Below, one piece after another: positions 54,646-64,000 of a stretch of DNA of 64,000 nucleotides. A program made the position numbers and the translations under genes. The stretch's first letter is position 1. The number at the start of each line of letters is the position of its first letter. The notes below the pieces were generated by a model. That model saw only the letters and a program-made list of their open reading frames with translations. It had not been told where the DNA came from and ran no database searches. The stretch is from Lingula anatina (Eukaryota > Animalia > Brachiopoda): NCBI GenBank assembly GCA_051362555.1, contig CM120643.1, forward strand, positions 14,048,644-14,112,643, in the 5' to 3' direction.

Positions 54646-56727
54646 ATGGAAAACAATTTACTGTCAACATCAAATGGTGATACTGATAGTGAAACTGAAA
54701 GCAGTGGTGAAGAGAAGACAGGAACTGATGTTGATCAAGAAGAAAAGACTGAAAGTGATGACTCACTATCGGACACTAACAAAAGTGAAAATGAGGGTCA
54801 GCATTCTCTGCACAAAGATGACAAATCTGCGTTGCCGATTACGACCTGTCAAGAAAGCTATAAATGTCTTATTTGTGGATCATGTTCAGACACAAGCAAG
54901 ACTGGATACACTCAGTTGTCCTCTTATCCACAGATTGGAATTGAAATCCAGGAGGTTTTACAATTATTTGCCCCTCCAGATGAATCAGATGTTTGTTGCA
55001 GCAGATGTATGGGTTTAGTAAAAAACTTTTCATATCTGAAAAAGAAATTTTTCTGCTCAAAAACTGAAATAATTTCTTTGTACAAAGATGCACAGTCTCG
55101 TGTTAAAGGCACTCAGCATTGTGGCTCTGTTGAATCTAAAAACCATGAAGATAATGGTTCTGATGGAGAGATTCAAGTAACGGACCATAAGAAAAGTGAT
55201 GGTAAAATCATAGTCAAACAGGGGCATATTGAAAAAACCAATACCGATATTAGTCGTAAGGTTGAGACCCACACTAGGGGTACAGCCGTGAAGAAACCGT
55301 TCAAATGTCAGTACTGTGAAAAAACATTTGTCAGAAAGAATAAATGTATTGAACATGAAAGAATTCACACTGGAGAGAGACCATATAAATGCCAGGTGTG
55401 TAGTAGTGCTTTTACAAGAAAATGCATATTGGAAAGCCATGAACGGAATCATATTGGCAAGCCATTTAAATGTAAATTTTGCAACAGAACTTTCTCAGAT
55501 GAAGAGAACTGGTTTGAACACGAAATAAATCATACTTTGCCAAGACCACACAGGTGTCAACATTGCGAAAAAACATTTGACAGGAAAAGGGAAAAAGTAA
55601 TTCATGAGAGAATACACACCGGGGAAAGACCTTTCAAATGTCAGAACTGTGAAAAATCATTTATCAGCAAGAGCACATGTGTCAAACATGAAAAGAAACA
55701 CAAGAGTAAAAGACAGCCAGTTTTAAAAGGGGATGAAAAAGTTGGCAAGGAAGTAACTATGAAGGAGGATGAAATTATTAATCCAGAATTAAAGCAACAC
55801 AAATGTCAACACTGTGACAAAACATTTTCTAGAAGGAATGAAAAGATTATGCATGAAAGAACTCACACTGGGGAAAAGCCATTTCAGTGTAAGGTTTGTG
55901 ATAAAAGTTATTTCAGAAAAAGTGCTTGTAAAAAACACGAAAAGTTGCACAGTGAAAATACATTTACGTGTTCTAAGTGCAGTGCATTTTTTTCAACAAA
56001 AAGAGCCTGTGAGAAGCATGAAAAAAACCACTATGGTGGAAAACCATTTCAGTGCGGGGGCTGTGATAAAACATTTGCAGACAAAACGAGGCTGAAAGAG
56101 CATGAAAGAACACACACAGGAGAAAAACCATACCTTTGCCAGTACTGCGAGAAAACATTTGCTCAAAGTTCCACGTGTAAATTACATGAAAGGACACAAC
56201 ACACTGGAATAAGACCATTTAAATGCCAATATTGCAGTCAAGGGTTTCCAACTAGATTGTACCGTGAAGAACATGAACGTTTCCACACTGGAGAAAAACC
56301 ATTCAAGTGCAGTTTTTGTGACAAAGCCTTCATAAGAAAGGGAAACTGTAGAGAACACGAAAGAACTCACACTGGAATAAAGCGATACGTGTGCTCATAC
56401 TGTGGCAAAAGATATTTTGACAAAACTGATTGTGTGGTTCATGAGCGGATTCACACTGGCGAGAGGCCATTCAAGTGCCAGTATTGTGGTAAAACGTACA
56501 CCTGCAGAAAATACTGCTTGCAGCATGAGAAGACTCATACTGTAAAGAAACCAGTAAAAAATACACAGGCAGACTTCTCATTGCAAAAGCACAACCCTGA
56601 TTTGATATTGAAAAATTACTCTTCAGAGAACTCTGTAATACCTAGTCAGCAGTCAAGTAACACATTTGTTATGCCTGATGCAATCCATACTGATATCAGT
56701 CCATACATGTATATGCCAGGACTTTAG
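54646..56727 (+). CDS. ZAD-like/C2H2 zinc-finger protein, array gene 12 (14 fingers; ends PYMYMPGL)
   Basis: 693-aa ORF with CLIC..CCSRC. The tail is diverged but the terminal motif is kept. Confidence 0.95.
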   Translation: MENNLLSTSNGDTDSETESSGEEKTGTDVDQEEKTESDDSLSDTNKSENEGQHSLHKDDKSALPITTCQESYKCLICGSCSDTSKTGYTQLSSYPQIGIEIQEVLQLFAPPDESDVCCSRCMGLVKNFSYLKKKFFCSKTEIISLYKDAQSRVKGTQHCGSVESKNHEDNGSDGEIQVTDHKKSDGKIIVKQGHIEKTNTDISRKVETHTRGTAVKKPFKCQYCEKTFVRKNKCIEHERIHTGERPYKCQVCSSAFTRKCILESHERNHIGKPFKCKFCNRTFSDEENWFEHEINHTLPRPHRCQHCEKTFDRKREKVIHERIHTGERPFKCQNCEKSFISKSTCVKHEKKHKSKRQPVLKGDEKVGKEVTMKEDEIINPELKQHKCQHCDKTFSRRNEKIMHERTHTGEKPFQCKVCDKSYFRKSACKKHEKLHSENTFTCSKCSAFFSTKRACEKHEKNHYGGKPFQCGGCDKTFADKTRLKEHERTHTGEKPYLCQYCEKTFAQSSTCKLHERTQHTGIRPFKCQYCSQGFPTRLYREEHERFHTGEKPFKCSFCDKAFIRKGNCREHERTHTGIKRYVCSYCGKRYFDKTDCVVHERIHTGERPFKCQYCGKTYTCRKYCLQHEKTHTVKKPVKNTQADFSLQKHNPDLILKNYSSENSVIPSQQSSNTFVMPDAIHTDISPYMYMPGL

Positions 56728-57908
56728 ATAACAGCTTAATGCTAAGAAAGTTTCAAGTTAAAAACTTTCATGATAAATTGAACCTTAGACCCCATTCCCA
56801 TAGACATGCCATCAGAGAAAATTCCTGTGATATCCCTCCAAAAAATGCTGAACCCGCTGACAGCATTCAAATTTTTTTCAGGATTGAATGAAAAATTCAG
56901 CCCCCCCCCTCCCCCCAATAATATAGGACCTCAGAAAATTTTATATTTTTCACTATGGCTTACTCGTGAAGGACTTTAACGAAAAAATTCATGTACAAAA
57001 TGAATGGTTTTACAAAAACTTTTGGAATGTAAACATTGTTGATTTTTCTCTTCAATGTAGGCACTCTATAATAAGACAGGATTTAACTGTAGATAATAGA
57101 TACTTCATTCCATCCATTCTTATAAAAGAAAACTAGTAGCATAAGAAGAAAGTCGAAAGATATAATGAACCTTAATCAGACAAGATTTGTTGATATTTTA
57201 TACACACATGTATTTTACACTGTAGTGACATATATGATACTTTTTGTGAACAATGAAAAGATGCATTAAAACAGGCCAATCTCAAACGTCCCATACCACA
57301 TGTTGCTTAATTTGATATTATGCATGATGAGGTGTAAAAAAACTATTTATTATTATTATTATTATTACAAATTTGAAAAGAAATTTTCTTCCTTTTTATT
57401 GGGTCAATAATAACGCAATAGAATCACCTATATTTCTATTAAGTAATTCTTTTATTTATAATGCGTAACCTGATTAGAAGGTAGAAGTGAAACAAAAAAA
57501 AAGTGCATATGGTATGTGCATGTTAACTGGTACTGTACTGTATATCATGAAAACAGACTGAGAAGTATTATTTGTCTATATTTCTGTCTAGATAATGTGA
57601 GATAAATATAAAAAATTAAATGGGCAAACCATGGTTTGTGGTTATTTTTTATTATTATTATTTTTTTTTTTTTCAAATTAACCTCTCATCATCCCCAATG
57701 CTGCTAAAATGAAATAAGTTTATTGCCTACTGTAAAGTAGTAAATGAACAAATAAGATAATGACAATAATTAATTAAAATGTTCAAGTGCACAACGTATT
57801 TTTTGTTCATTTTATTACAGAATGTAAATAAAAAGGTTATTGCACATAAAGGTAATCGACAAATATTACCAACCACAACTGCACTGCTCTTATTACTTCA
57901 TGCCTTCC

Positions 57909-57918
57909 AAGACAAGCT
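57909..57918 (+). promoter_or_regulatory. Conserved upstream motif AAGACAAGCT (gene 13)
   Basis: Exact 10-mer 444 bp before the ATG of the most divergent paralogue. Confidence 0.55.
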
Positions 57919-58352
57919 TTTGAATATACCAAGTCCTTACCACACCAGTAGTATCCACTTACGCAGAATCATTTCCTGTTTGCATAGATTTATGTAGTCT
58001 ATATATTTTTTACCAAATCGATTTGCCGTATTAACGAAAATAAAGCAAGACTTCTCTTGTGGGCAAGTACTATCGGTTTACTCTCATTTTCCTTTATACG
58101 TGTATCTCATTAGAAGTAATTTTTTTTCATCACAGATTTTTAAAATTCACTTATCAATAGACAGATGTCGGTGTACGTTTACCAGCTAGAAAAGGATTAA
58201 GGGCAGAAAGTGGGCGCTCTTTCCACTAGCTTCTGTGTCCACCGGTTCGGACGCTGTTTCAAGAACTTGCGACTACCTGCAAGTGAAGTTGAAAACTCGG
58301 CCTCAGCAGTTACACCGTTCTCAGCTCTAGATTTTATACAGGGTCTGTTATT

Positions 58353-59999
58353 ATGTCTGTGTCAAGTGAAAGTGAAAGTTTGAATACTGCGGGAACTGAC
58401 GATGCATTAGGTACTGGGCCCACGCTTCCAGCCGTTCAACTTGCAATTGTTCCTTTGCCTGAAAATAATATGGCACATGATCTAGGATTAAAATGTGTGA
58501 TTTGTGGATCAGGGCCAGAGGCCAAGCATGAGGATCTTTCAGCTTACCCTGCACTAAGAAATGAGATCATAGAACTTAAAAAATCAGCACAGGGTCTGCA
58601 ATCAAAATCCAGTAGATGTTGTGATACATGCCTGAATTTGCTGAAAAAGCTGGTCAAGGTTAAGAAGGAGTACATTGACTTGAAATATAAAATAATCCAA
58701 ATTCTTAACAGAACAGAATCAGAATTTGGGCAAAAATATGATCTGACAGAACCAGACCATCACAAAGAAGCTGATACTGAATCGGACAAAGATGAAGAAA
58801 ATGACAGTCTATCCAAGCAACCTGGCAACGGTGAAATGTTGATTAAACTTGAACATGTTGACATTGGGTATGTTGAAAGTAATTCCTCCGCTGAACAAGG
58901 AATATTTCAAACTGTGGAAGGCAGGACTAAACAGAATTCCATCAAACACAAACAAGATGATAAAAGGTGCAAAAGAAGGAGTGTTTATTCAGGTCGTTTT
59001 TATAAAAGTCAAATTGGGAGTAATCAGTTCAAATGCCGACATTGTACTAAAAGCTATTCCAGAAAAACATTATGCATCAGACATGAACAGACACATACAG
59101 ATAAACCATTCTCGTGTAAATTCTGTGATAAAGCTTTTGCAAAGAGACTAAATTGGGAAGAGCATGAAAAAACACATTCTGGACTAAGACCCTATCCATG
59201 TCAACATTGCAATAAAACATTCGCAAAAAAGAACCAAGCCGTTTCACATGAGAGGATTCACACGGGCCAAAAAACCTTCAGATGTCAGCATTGCGATAAA
59301 AGTTTCACCAGAAAGTCTGACTGTGTGAGACATGAAAAGATTCATACTATAAAATTGTATAAATGCTCTCTTTGTAGTGATGCTTTTCATAGCAAAAAGG
59401 ACTATAAGAGGCACGAAAAATGCCATCACGGTAAAGCAGTGCATAAATGCCAGTACTGTGGCAAAGAATGTGACAGCAAATCGCGGTGTGTAGAACATGA
59501 AAGAACCCACACTGGAGAGCGACCTTTTCAATGTAACTATTGTGATAAAACATTTACCCAAAGGTCAACTTGTTTATTACATGAAAGGACTCAACACACT
59601 GGGGTAAAACCCTTCCCGTGCCACTACTGCGATCAGCAGTTCCCTACTCGATTGTACCGTGATGTTCATGAACGGTTTCACACTGGAGAAAGACCATTCA
59701 AATGTTGTCACTGTGGCAAAACATTTGTAAGGAAGGAAAATTGTACGAATCATGAACGAAGAATCCACAGTGGGATTAAACGATTCATATGCTTGTATTG
59801 TGGCAAGAAATTTTCAGATAAAAGGGATTGTGTTATGCATGAAAGGGTTCATACTGAGGAAAGACCCTTTAAATGTCAATACTGTGAAAAATATTATACA
59901 CAGAAAAAGCACTGTCTTGCACATGAAAAGACTCACACTGGAGAGAAGTTGATGAATTTTGAAACATGTAATGAGGCAAGTGCAAATATATCAGTGTGA
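58353..59999 (+). CDS. ZAD-like/C2H2 zinc-finger protein, array gene 13 (11 fingers; most divergent; no tail)
   Basis: 548-aa ORF with CVIC..CCDTC and IKLEHVDIG. Confidence 0.94.
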   Translation: MSVSSESESLNTAGTDDALGTGPTLPAVQLAIVPLPENNMAHDLGLKCVICGSGPEAKHEDLSAYPALRNEIIELKKSAQGLQSKSSRCCDTCLNLLKKLVKVKKEYIDLKYKIIQILNRTESEFGQKYDLTEPDHHKEADTESDKDEENDSLSKQPGNGEMLIKLEHVDIGYVESNSSAEQGIFQTVEGRTKQNSIKHKQDDKRCKRRSVYSGRFYKSQIGSNQFKCRHCTKSYSRKTLCIRHEQTHTDKPFSCKFCDKAFAKRLNWEEHEKTHSGLRPYPCQHCNKTFAKKNQAVSHERIHTGQKTFRCQHCDKSFTRKSDCVRHEKIHTIKLYKCSLCSDAFHSKKDYKRHEKCHHGKAVHKCQYCGKECDSKSRCVEHERTHTGERPFQCNYCDKTFTQRSTCLLHERTQHTGVKPFPCHYCDQQFPTRLYRDVHERFHTGERPFKCCHCGKTFVRKENCTNHERRIHSGIKRFICLYCGKKFSDKRDCVMHERVHTEERPFKCQYCEKYYTQKKHCLAHEKTHTGEKLMNFETCNEASANISV

Positions 60000-60069
60000 T
60001 AGAAAATAAGAATGATATCTCGGCAGAACAGAAACACTTACCAATTTTCAACCATGGAGTGCCTTGTAA

Positions 60070-60395
60070 TTCATGAATGCCTTAATACTGGAGAAAGACC
60101 CTTTTTAAATATGACATTTTAAAAAGACATTTTTAAAAATGTCATCACTGTGGCAAAAAAAAACATGATGATGCAGAATTGTAGCAGACACATGACAGTG
60201 TTATTAAATTCTAAAAATGCTTGTATTGTGGTAAAAGTCTTACTCCTTAGTTGGAATGCAAAAAAAAAAAAAAAAATGAAACGTTTCACACTGAAGATAT
60301 TATTATACCATTCAGGGATAAATGAACAGAGACGATCTGAACTACATGAAAAGACTTGCACTAAAAAGAAATTTGAAAGTCCTGATGAAAACTGA
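60070..60395 (+). pseudogene. Decayed zinc-finger remnant duplicated from the 3' end of gene 13
   Basis: actggagaaagaccc, aaatgtcatcactgtggcaaaa, atgcttgtattgtggtaaaa and acatgaaaagact match 59682-59940 in order, with frameshifts. Confidence 0.65.
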
Positions 60396-60800
60396 AAAAG
60401 CTTAAGGTGTGGTCCACCCCATTCAGTTCATACACCACAGAAACAGTTTGTACGTCAGAGTTCTTTTTCTTACACATTTTTGTTATGGCATGTTGCTTGT
60501 TTTTCTTCAACTTTCATTTATGTTAAAATTATGGTTCAAAATATTTCGTTGGATGTGAAAGTTCAGTATGATGCTATGTAGATGACATAATTATTCTGTA
60601 AATAAAACTAAATGTGTTATTTTCTATATGGGAATCTTAAGTGAATATTGTTCTTGATAAGATAAATTAATTGTATTTGCATACAATAATTACTTGCCCA
60701 TTATAAGCAGAATAGTTCTGTGATGGCAAAGCTGGATGCAAGTTTAGATTGGTTTGTCAAACTACAAGGTAGAGTTTCAGAGGACATCTTCCTACTTCCA

Positions 60801-61092
60801 GCACCAACAGAGACATGCTGATGATAGAGAGACAATTCCCCATGTCCTTCTTAAACTTGTAGTGATGTTTTCCCTGCCATTTCTTCATAAAAATCCTTAA
60901 CAGAAATGATCCGTAATTATTACTGTGAGACAGGGTTCCCATAACTGCACCAGCAGAGACATGCTGATGATAGAGAGACAAGTTCCCCATGTCCTTCTTT
61001 AACTTGTAGTGATTTGTTCCCCGCATGTTTCTTCATAAAAATCCTTAACAGAAATGATCCTTGTTACTGATAGACTGTGTTCCCATGACCGC
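60801..61092 (+). repeat. Direct tandem duplication, ~146-bp unit x2
   Basis: gcacca(a/g)cagagacatgctgatgatagagagaca...aaaatccttaacagaaatgatcc at 60801 and 60947. Confidence 0.85.
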
Positions 61093-61270
61093 AGTCAATG
61101 TCATTAGCTTAATTGTCTGGCATGCCCACTCACAAAGCAGCATGAACAACATCCTCACATAACCCAGGGTGTGTCAGACATTTAAGTTGCTTTAACTGAG
61201 TGCAATTTAGCAAGAATTCCTGAGGAGTTAGATCAATTCAGTTAGTACAGTTGGGTTATGGGAATGGTCC
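61073..61270. mobile_element. Degenerate MITE of the Tourist-like group
   Basis: Ends gactgtgttcccat and atgggaatggtcc resemble the other copies. Internal agcttaattgtctg.catg is shared with 63086-63345. Confidence 0.5.
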
Positions 61271-61533
61271 TTGGTGTTATGATGAACTACAAAGAGGTGT
61301 GCTTAGAAATGATGATGTTTGTATGTAGCTAGTATAGGGTTCCATGAAACCATGTGGTTTAGGGGTTATTATTTTCATGTCCCCCTGGCTTCACTTACAT
61401 GCTGCATGATAAGTCAGTAGTTATTACACAAATTATTAAAATGATTTTATTTTTCTTTTTAATTCTTAATATTTGAAAAAATAAACATTTTGCACACAGT
61501 TTGAATTTCATCATGATTTATTACCTATTGCAG

Positions 61534-61656
61534 ATTTGGATGAATGCAAGATCCAAAATGGTGGCTGTGAAGACATCTGCATCAATCTGCCAGGAAGTAT
61601 GAAATGTAGTTGCCGGGGAGGGAAAACTCTTGCTGATGATCTAAAGACATGTATTG
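61534..61656 (+). CDS. Internal exon, calcium-binding EGF domain (DLDECKIQNGGCEDICINLPGSMKCSCRGGKTLADDLKTCI)
   Basis: ttgcag| acceptor, |gtaag donor, 123 bp, phase 1-1, cbEGF consensus. Confidence 0.92.
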
Positions 61657-62133
61657 GTAAGATGAACTGCACAGTCATCATATAAAATCGGAAGCATGTT
61701 TTAATGTACTTTAAGATCTGGGATTGAATTTGAAAGATGTGAAGGTTTTTGGATAAAAAGCAATTCAAATGATTGGTATTGATTACTCTATTGTTTCAAA
61801 CAGACCTGCTTTTTGAAATGCTGTATTGCTTTCTATATGAACTTACTTCATAAAATGACTGCTAGATATTATGAAAAATTATATATAATTTTTATAATAA
61901 ATTGTTTTCAGACTTTTGAAATATATTTTACTAAAATATAAAGTATGGTGTTATCTTTTGTAATGTGCTGTTTACATTTGCTTGGAGCTGATCTATGACA
62001 TGAATTTCATTTTTTGCAGTCTGATCCTAACAGTATCAGTGAACGTGAGAGTTAGATCAACTTAAACAGCAATTAAACACTACAGCATAACGTCAACTTT
62101 TCTTTTCATATAGTATAGAATTTTTTACATCAG

Positions 62134-62274
62134 ATCTCTATTCCTCAGGTATCTCAAGCTGTGCTGTCAAGAACGGTGGCTGTGACCAGGTGTGTAGGAT
62201 GACTCTGGACAACCAGGTGTTGTGCTCCTGTCACCCTGGGTACACGCTCAGCACAGATGGACACACCTGCACAG
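62134..62274 (+). CDS. Internal exon, EGF-like domain (..SSCAVKNGGCDQVCRMTLDNQVLCSCHPGYTLSTDGHTCT)
   Basis: Acceptor catcag| before 62134, with an alternative in-frame acceptor before 62149. Donor |gtgaag; phase 1-1. Confidence 0.88.
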
Positions 62275-62352
62275 GTGAAGTAGAAGAGAAGGATTAACAG
62301 TGTTATAAGCAGTATTTCAGCTCATTAAGGGTTTATTATTCAGTCTTGCTTT

Positions 62353-62410
62353 TTGTTTGTTTGTTTGGTTGTTTGTTTGTTTGTTTGTTTGTTTGTTTGT
62401 TTGTTTGTTT
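62353..62410. repeat. (GTTT)n microsatellite, intronic
   Basis: Direct reading. Confidence 0.9.
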
Positions 62411-62492
62411 CCAAGGTACATGCAAGGTACATTTTTATGTTTGATATTTTATTCAAATTGTCTTTTAAAATTGGTGCTACATCTCCCAGTAT

Positions 62493-62527
<35 letters not shown>

Positions 62528-62753
62528 TTATTATTTTTATTTTAATTTTTTTGGTGACTGTTATCTTGGCAACAGCATGTTCTTGCATACACTGATTGCT
62601 GACAGGAGTTAAAGTGATATTAATATTTTTGTAAAAGTACTAAAAATGGCAACAGAAAGCAGGTGATGCAACTGAAAGGTTACTTTCCACAAGTGCTGTG
62701 AAACACCAGGGTGATTTTACAGTAATAAAGAATACATATTTAAAATGTTTCAG

Positions 62754-62876
62754 ATATTAACGAGTGTCTGGATGTAAATGGCGGTTGCGAGCAGCTGTGT
62801 GTCAACACTAGAGGGAGCTACAGATGCACATGTCTCCAAGGTTACACTGTAGCCGACAACTTTAGGAAGTGTCAAG
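62754..62876 (+). CDS. Internal exon, calcium-binding EGF domain (DINECLDVNGGCEQLCVNTRGSYRCTCLQGYTVADNFRKCQ)
   Basis: tttcag| acceptor, |gttagt donor, 123 bp, phase 1-1. Confidence 0.93.
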
Positions 62877-63085
62877 GTTAGTTTGTGTCACGTGAACTGT
62901 ATATATATGAGCTTGTGAATACAGTTAATTATTTTGCCTATGATTATGTTGAGTTAAAATGGAATGATTAATATTTCATGTTTTTACTTTATATTTCAAA
63001 GTGTGAAAATGATTTTTGTGAGGGTTACCACTGCACTTATGCTTTACTTAGTATTTATTTAACAGATTAATATTTTAGAGACTTA

Positions 63086-63345
63086 AACCCTATTCAGATA
63101 GACACATTTTACTAGTTGGTTGGTCCAACTCTGCGGGGATTCTTGCTAACTGCAATCAGTGGAATCAGCTTAATTGTCTGACATGTCACCTTGAGCAGTT
63201 GGGGGGATTGAGCTGAAATAACCTGAAAGTTAATTACCCCATAGCTGCTTAAGGAGGCGGACCATTAAGTAAAACCGATTGCACTTAATGAGAGCCCCAG
63301 CAGAGTTGAACTGACCCAACTAGTGCAATGTATCTGAATGCTCCC
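63086..63345. mobile_element. Intronic palindromic MITE (Tourist-like group)
   Basis: attcagata.acacattttactagttgg...caactctgc.gggg is inverted to cccagcagagttg...ccaactagtgcaatgtatctgaat. Confidence 0.65.
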
Positions 63346-63556
63346 AAAATGGAAAAAAAATGAAACAAATTCTTCTGCAAAGAAAAAAAATTCACAAACA
63401 CTGCGATGTGATTATTATATACTCAGTATCTATCAGTAACTTTTAATTTGTGTCTTTCAATTTGATTCAACAAAAAGTTTTGAAATTATTGTTAAAGTAG
63501 TATCAAAAGACAGAAGTTTAATGCAAACTTCTTCATCTTCCTTGTTTTATTTTCAG

Positions 63557-63745
63557 CTGTCTGCAACCCGCCATGTTTAAATTATGGCCAGTGCGTGGCT
63601 CCCAACAGGTGCCTGTGTCCCGCAGGCTATCCCGGCCCAGGTTGCTCTCCCATGTGTAACCCTCCCTGTGCCCATGGTGGCACCTGTCTCAGGTGGAACC
63701 AGTGTATTTGTCCACCAGGGTGGACTGGGCGTGGATGTCTTACTG
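63557..63745 (+). CDS. Internal exon, two short EGF domains (AVCNPPCLNYGQCVAPNRCLCPAGYPGPGC SPMCNPPCAHGGTCLRWNQCICPPGWTGRGCLT); VWDE/WIF-type EGF repeats
   Basis: Polypyrimidine tract plus tttcag| acceptor, |gtcagt donor, 189 bp, phase 1-1, in frame with the three preceding exons. Confidence 0.92.
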
Positions 63746-64000
63746 GTCAGTTTTCAGACATGCCTATCATGAAAGAAAAATAGAAAATTCCATCAACAAG
63801 AAAGTGATTAAGCAAAATATTGCCTTTGTGGCACATGCTGTTGTTTGTCTTTGTCAAGCTGTCTTTAAACTTATAATATTGTTAGGCATGTTGTATCCAG
63901 TGTTCTATCCAGTGGCAAAATAACACAGTCAATCGTTTTAGAAAAATGTTAAAGAGGTAATTTATTTGTTTTTGATTTTGCATGAAAACACAGTTATTTA

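Noticed and set aside
1578-59952. Numerous short antisense and alternate-frame ORFs overlapping the ZNF genes
   Set aside because: These are shadows of repetitive finger codon usage; they recur only because the sense genes are paralogous.
4832-59999. KRAB, SCAN, BTB or SET (PRDM9-like) domains, or specific gene symbols
   Set aside because: None of their signature motifs is visible in the N-termini, and orthology cannot be assigned from finger repeats.
2939-62595. Low-complexity ORFs (IYIY, FIYL, CLFV, poly-K, poly-G)
   Set aside because: Translations of microsatellites and homopolymers.

Overview
AT-rich animal (invertebrate-type) genomic DNA. About 60 kb (1-59999) is a head-to-tail array of 13 paralogous C2H2 zinc-finger genes, all on the + strand, each coding region in one uninterrupted exon. 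Gene 1 is cut by the window edge and gene 6 is frameshifted. The shared architecture is: a variable acidic N-terminus, a C-x2-C-x~40-C-x2-C plus helix domain resembling ZAD/zf-AD, a psi-K-x-E motif, 11-19 fingers, and, in 8 of 13 genes, a tail ending in (Y)MY(M/V)PG(M/L/V)-stop that is usually preceded by 9-aa repeats. A 10-bp motif (AAGACAAGCT or a close variant) lies upstream of 10 of the 12 genes whose upstream DNA is visible. The spacers hold several non-autonomous DNA transposons with readable TIRs and TSDs. These include a decayed PIF/Harbinger element (transposase and Myb/SANT remnants) that sits inside a MITE and itself contains a foldback trimer. The last 2.5 kb has four internal phase-1 EGF exons of a spliced extracellular-protein gene on the same strand, with no visible first exon, so the array may lie inside one of its introns. 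All family assignments come from reading the sequence; no searches were run.
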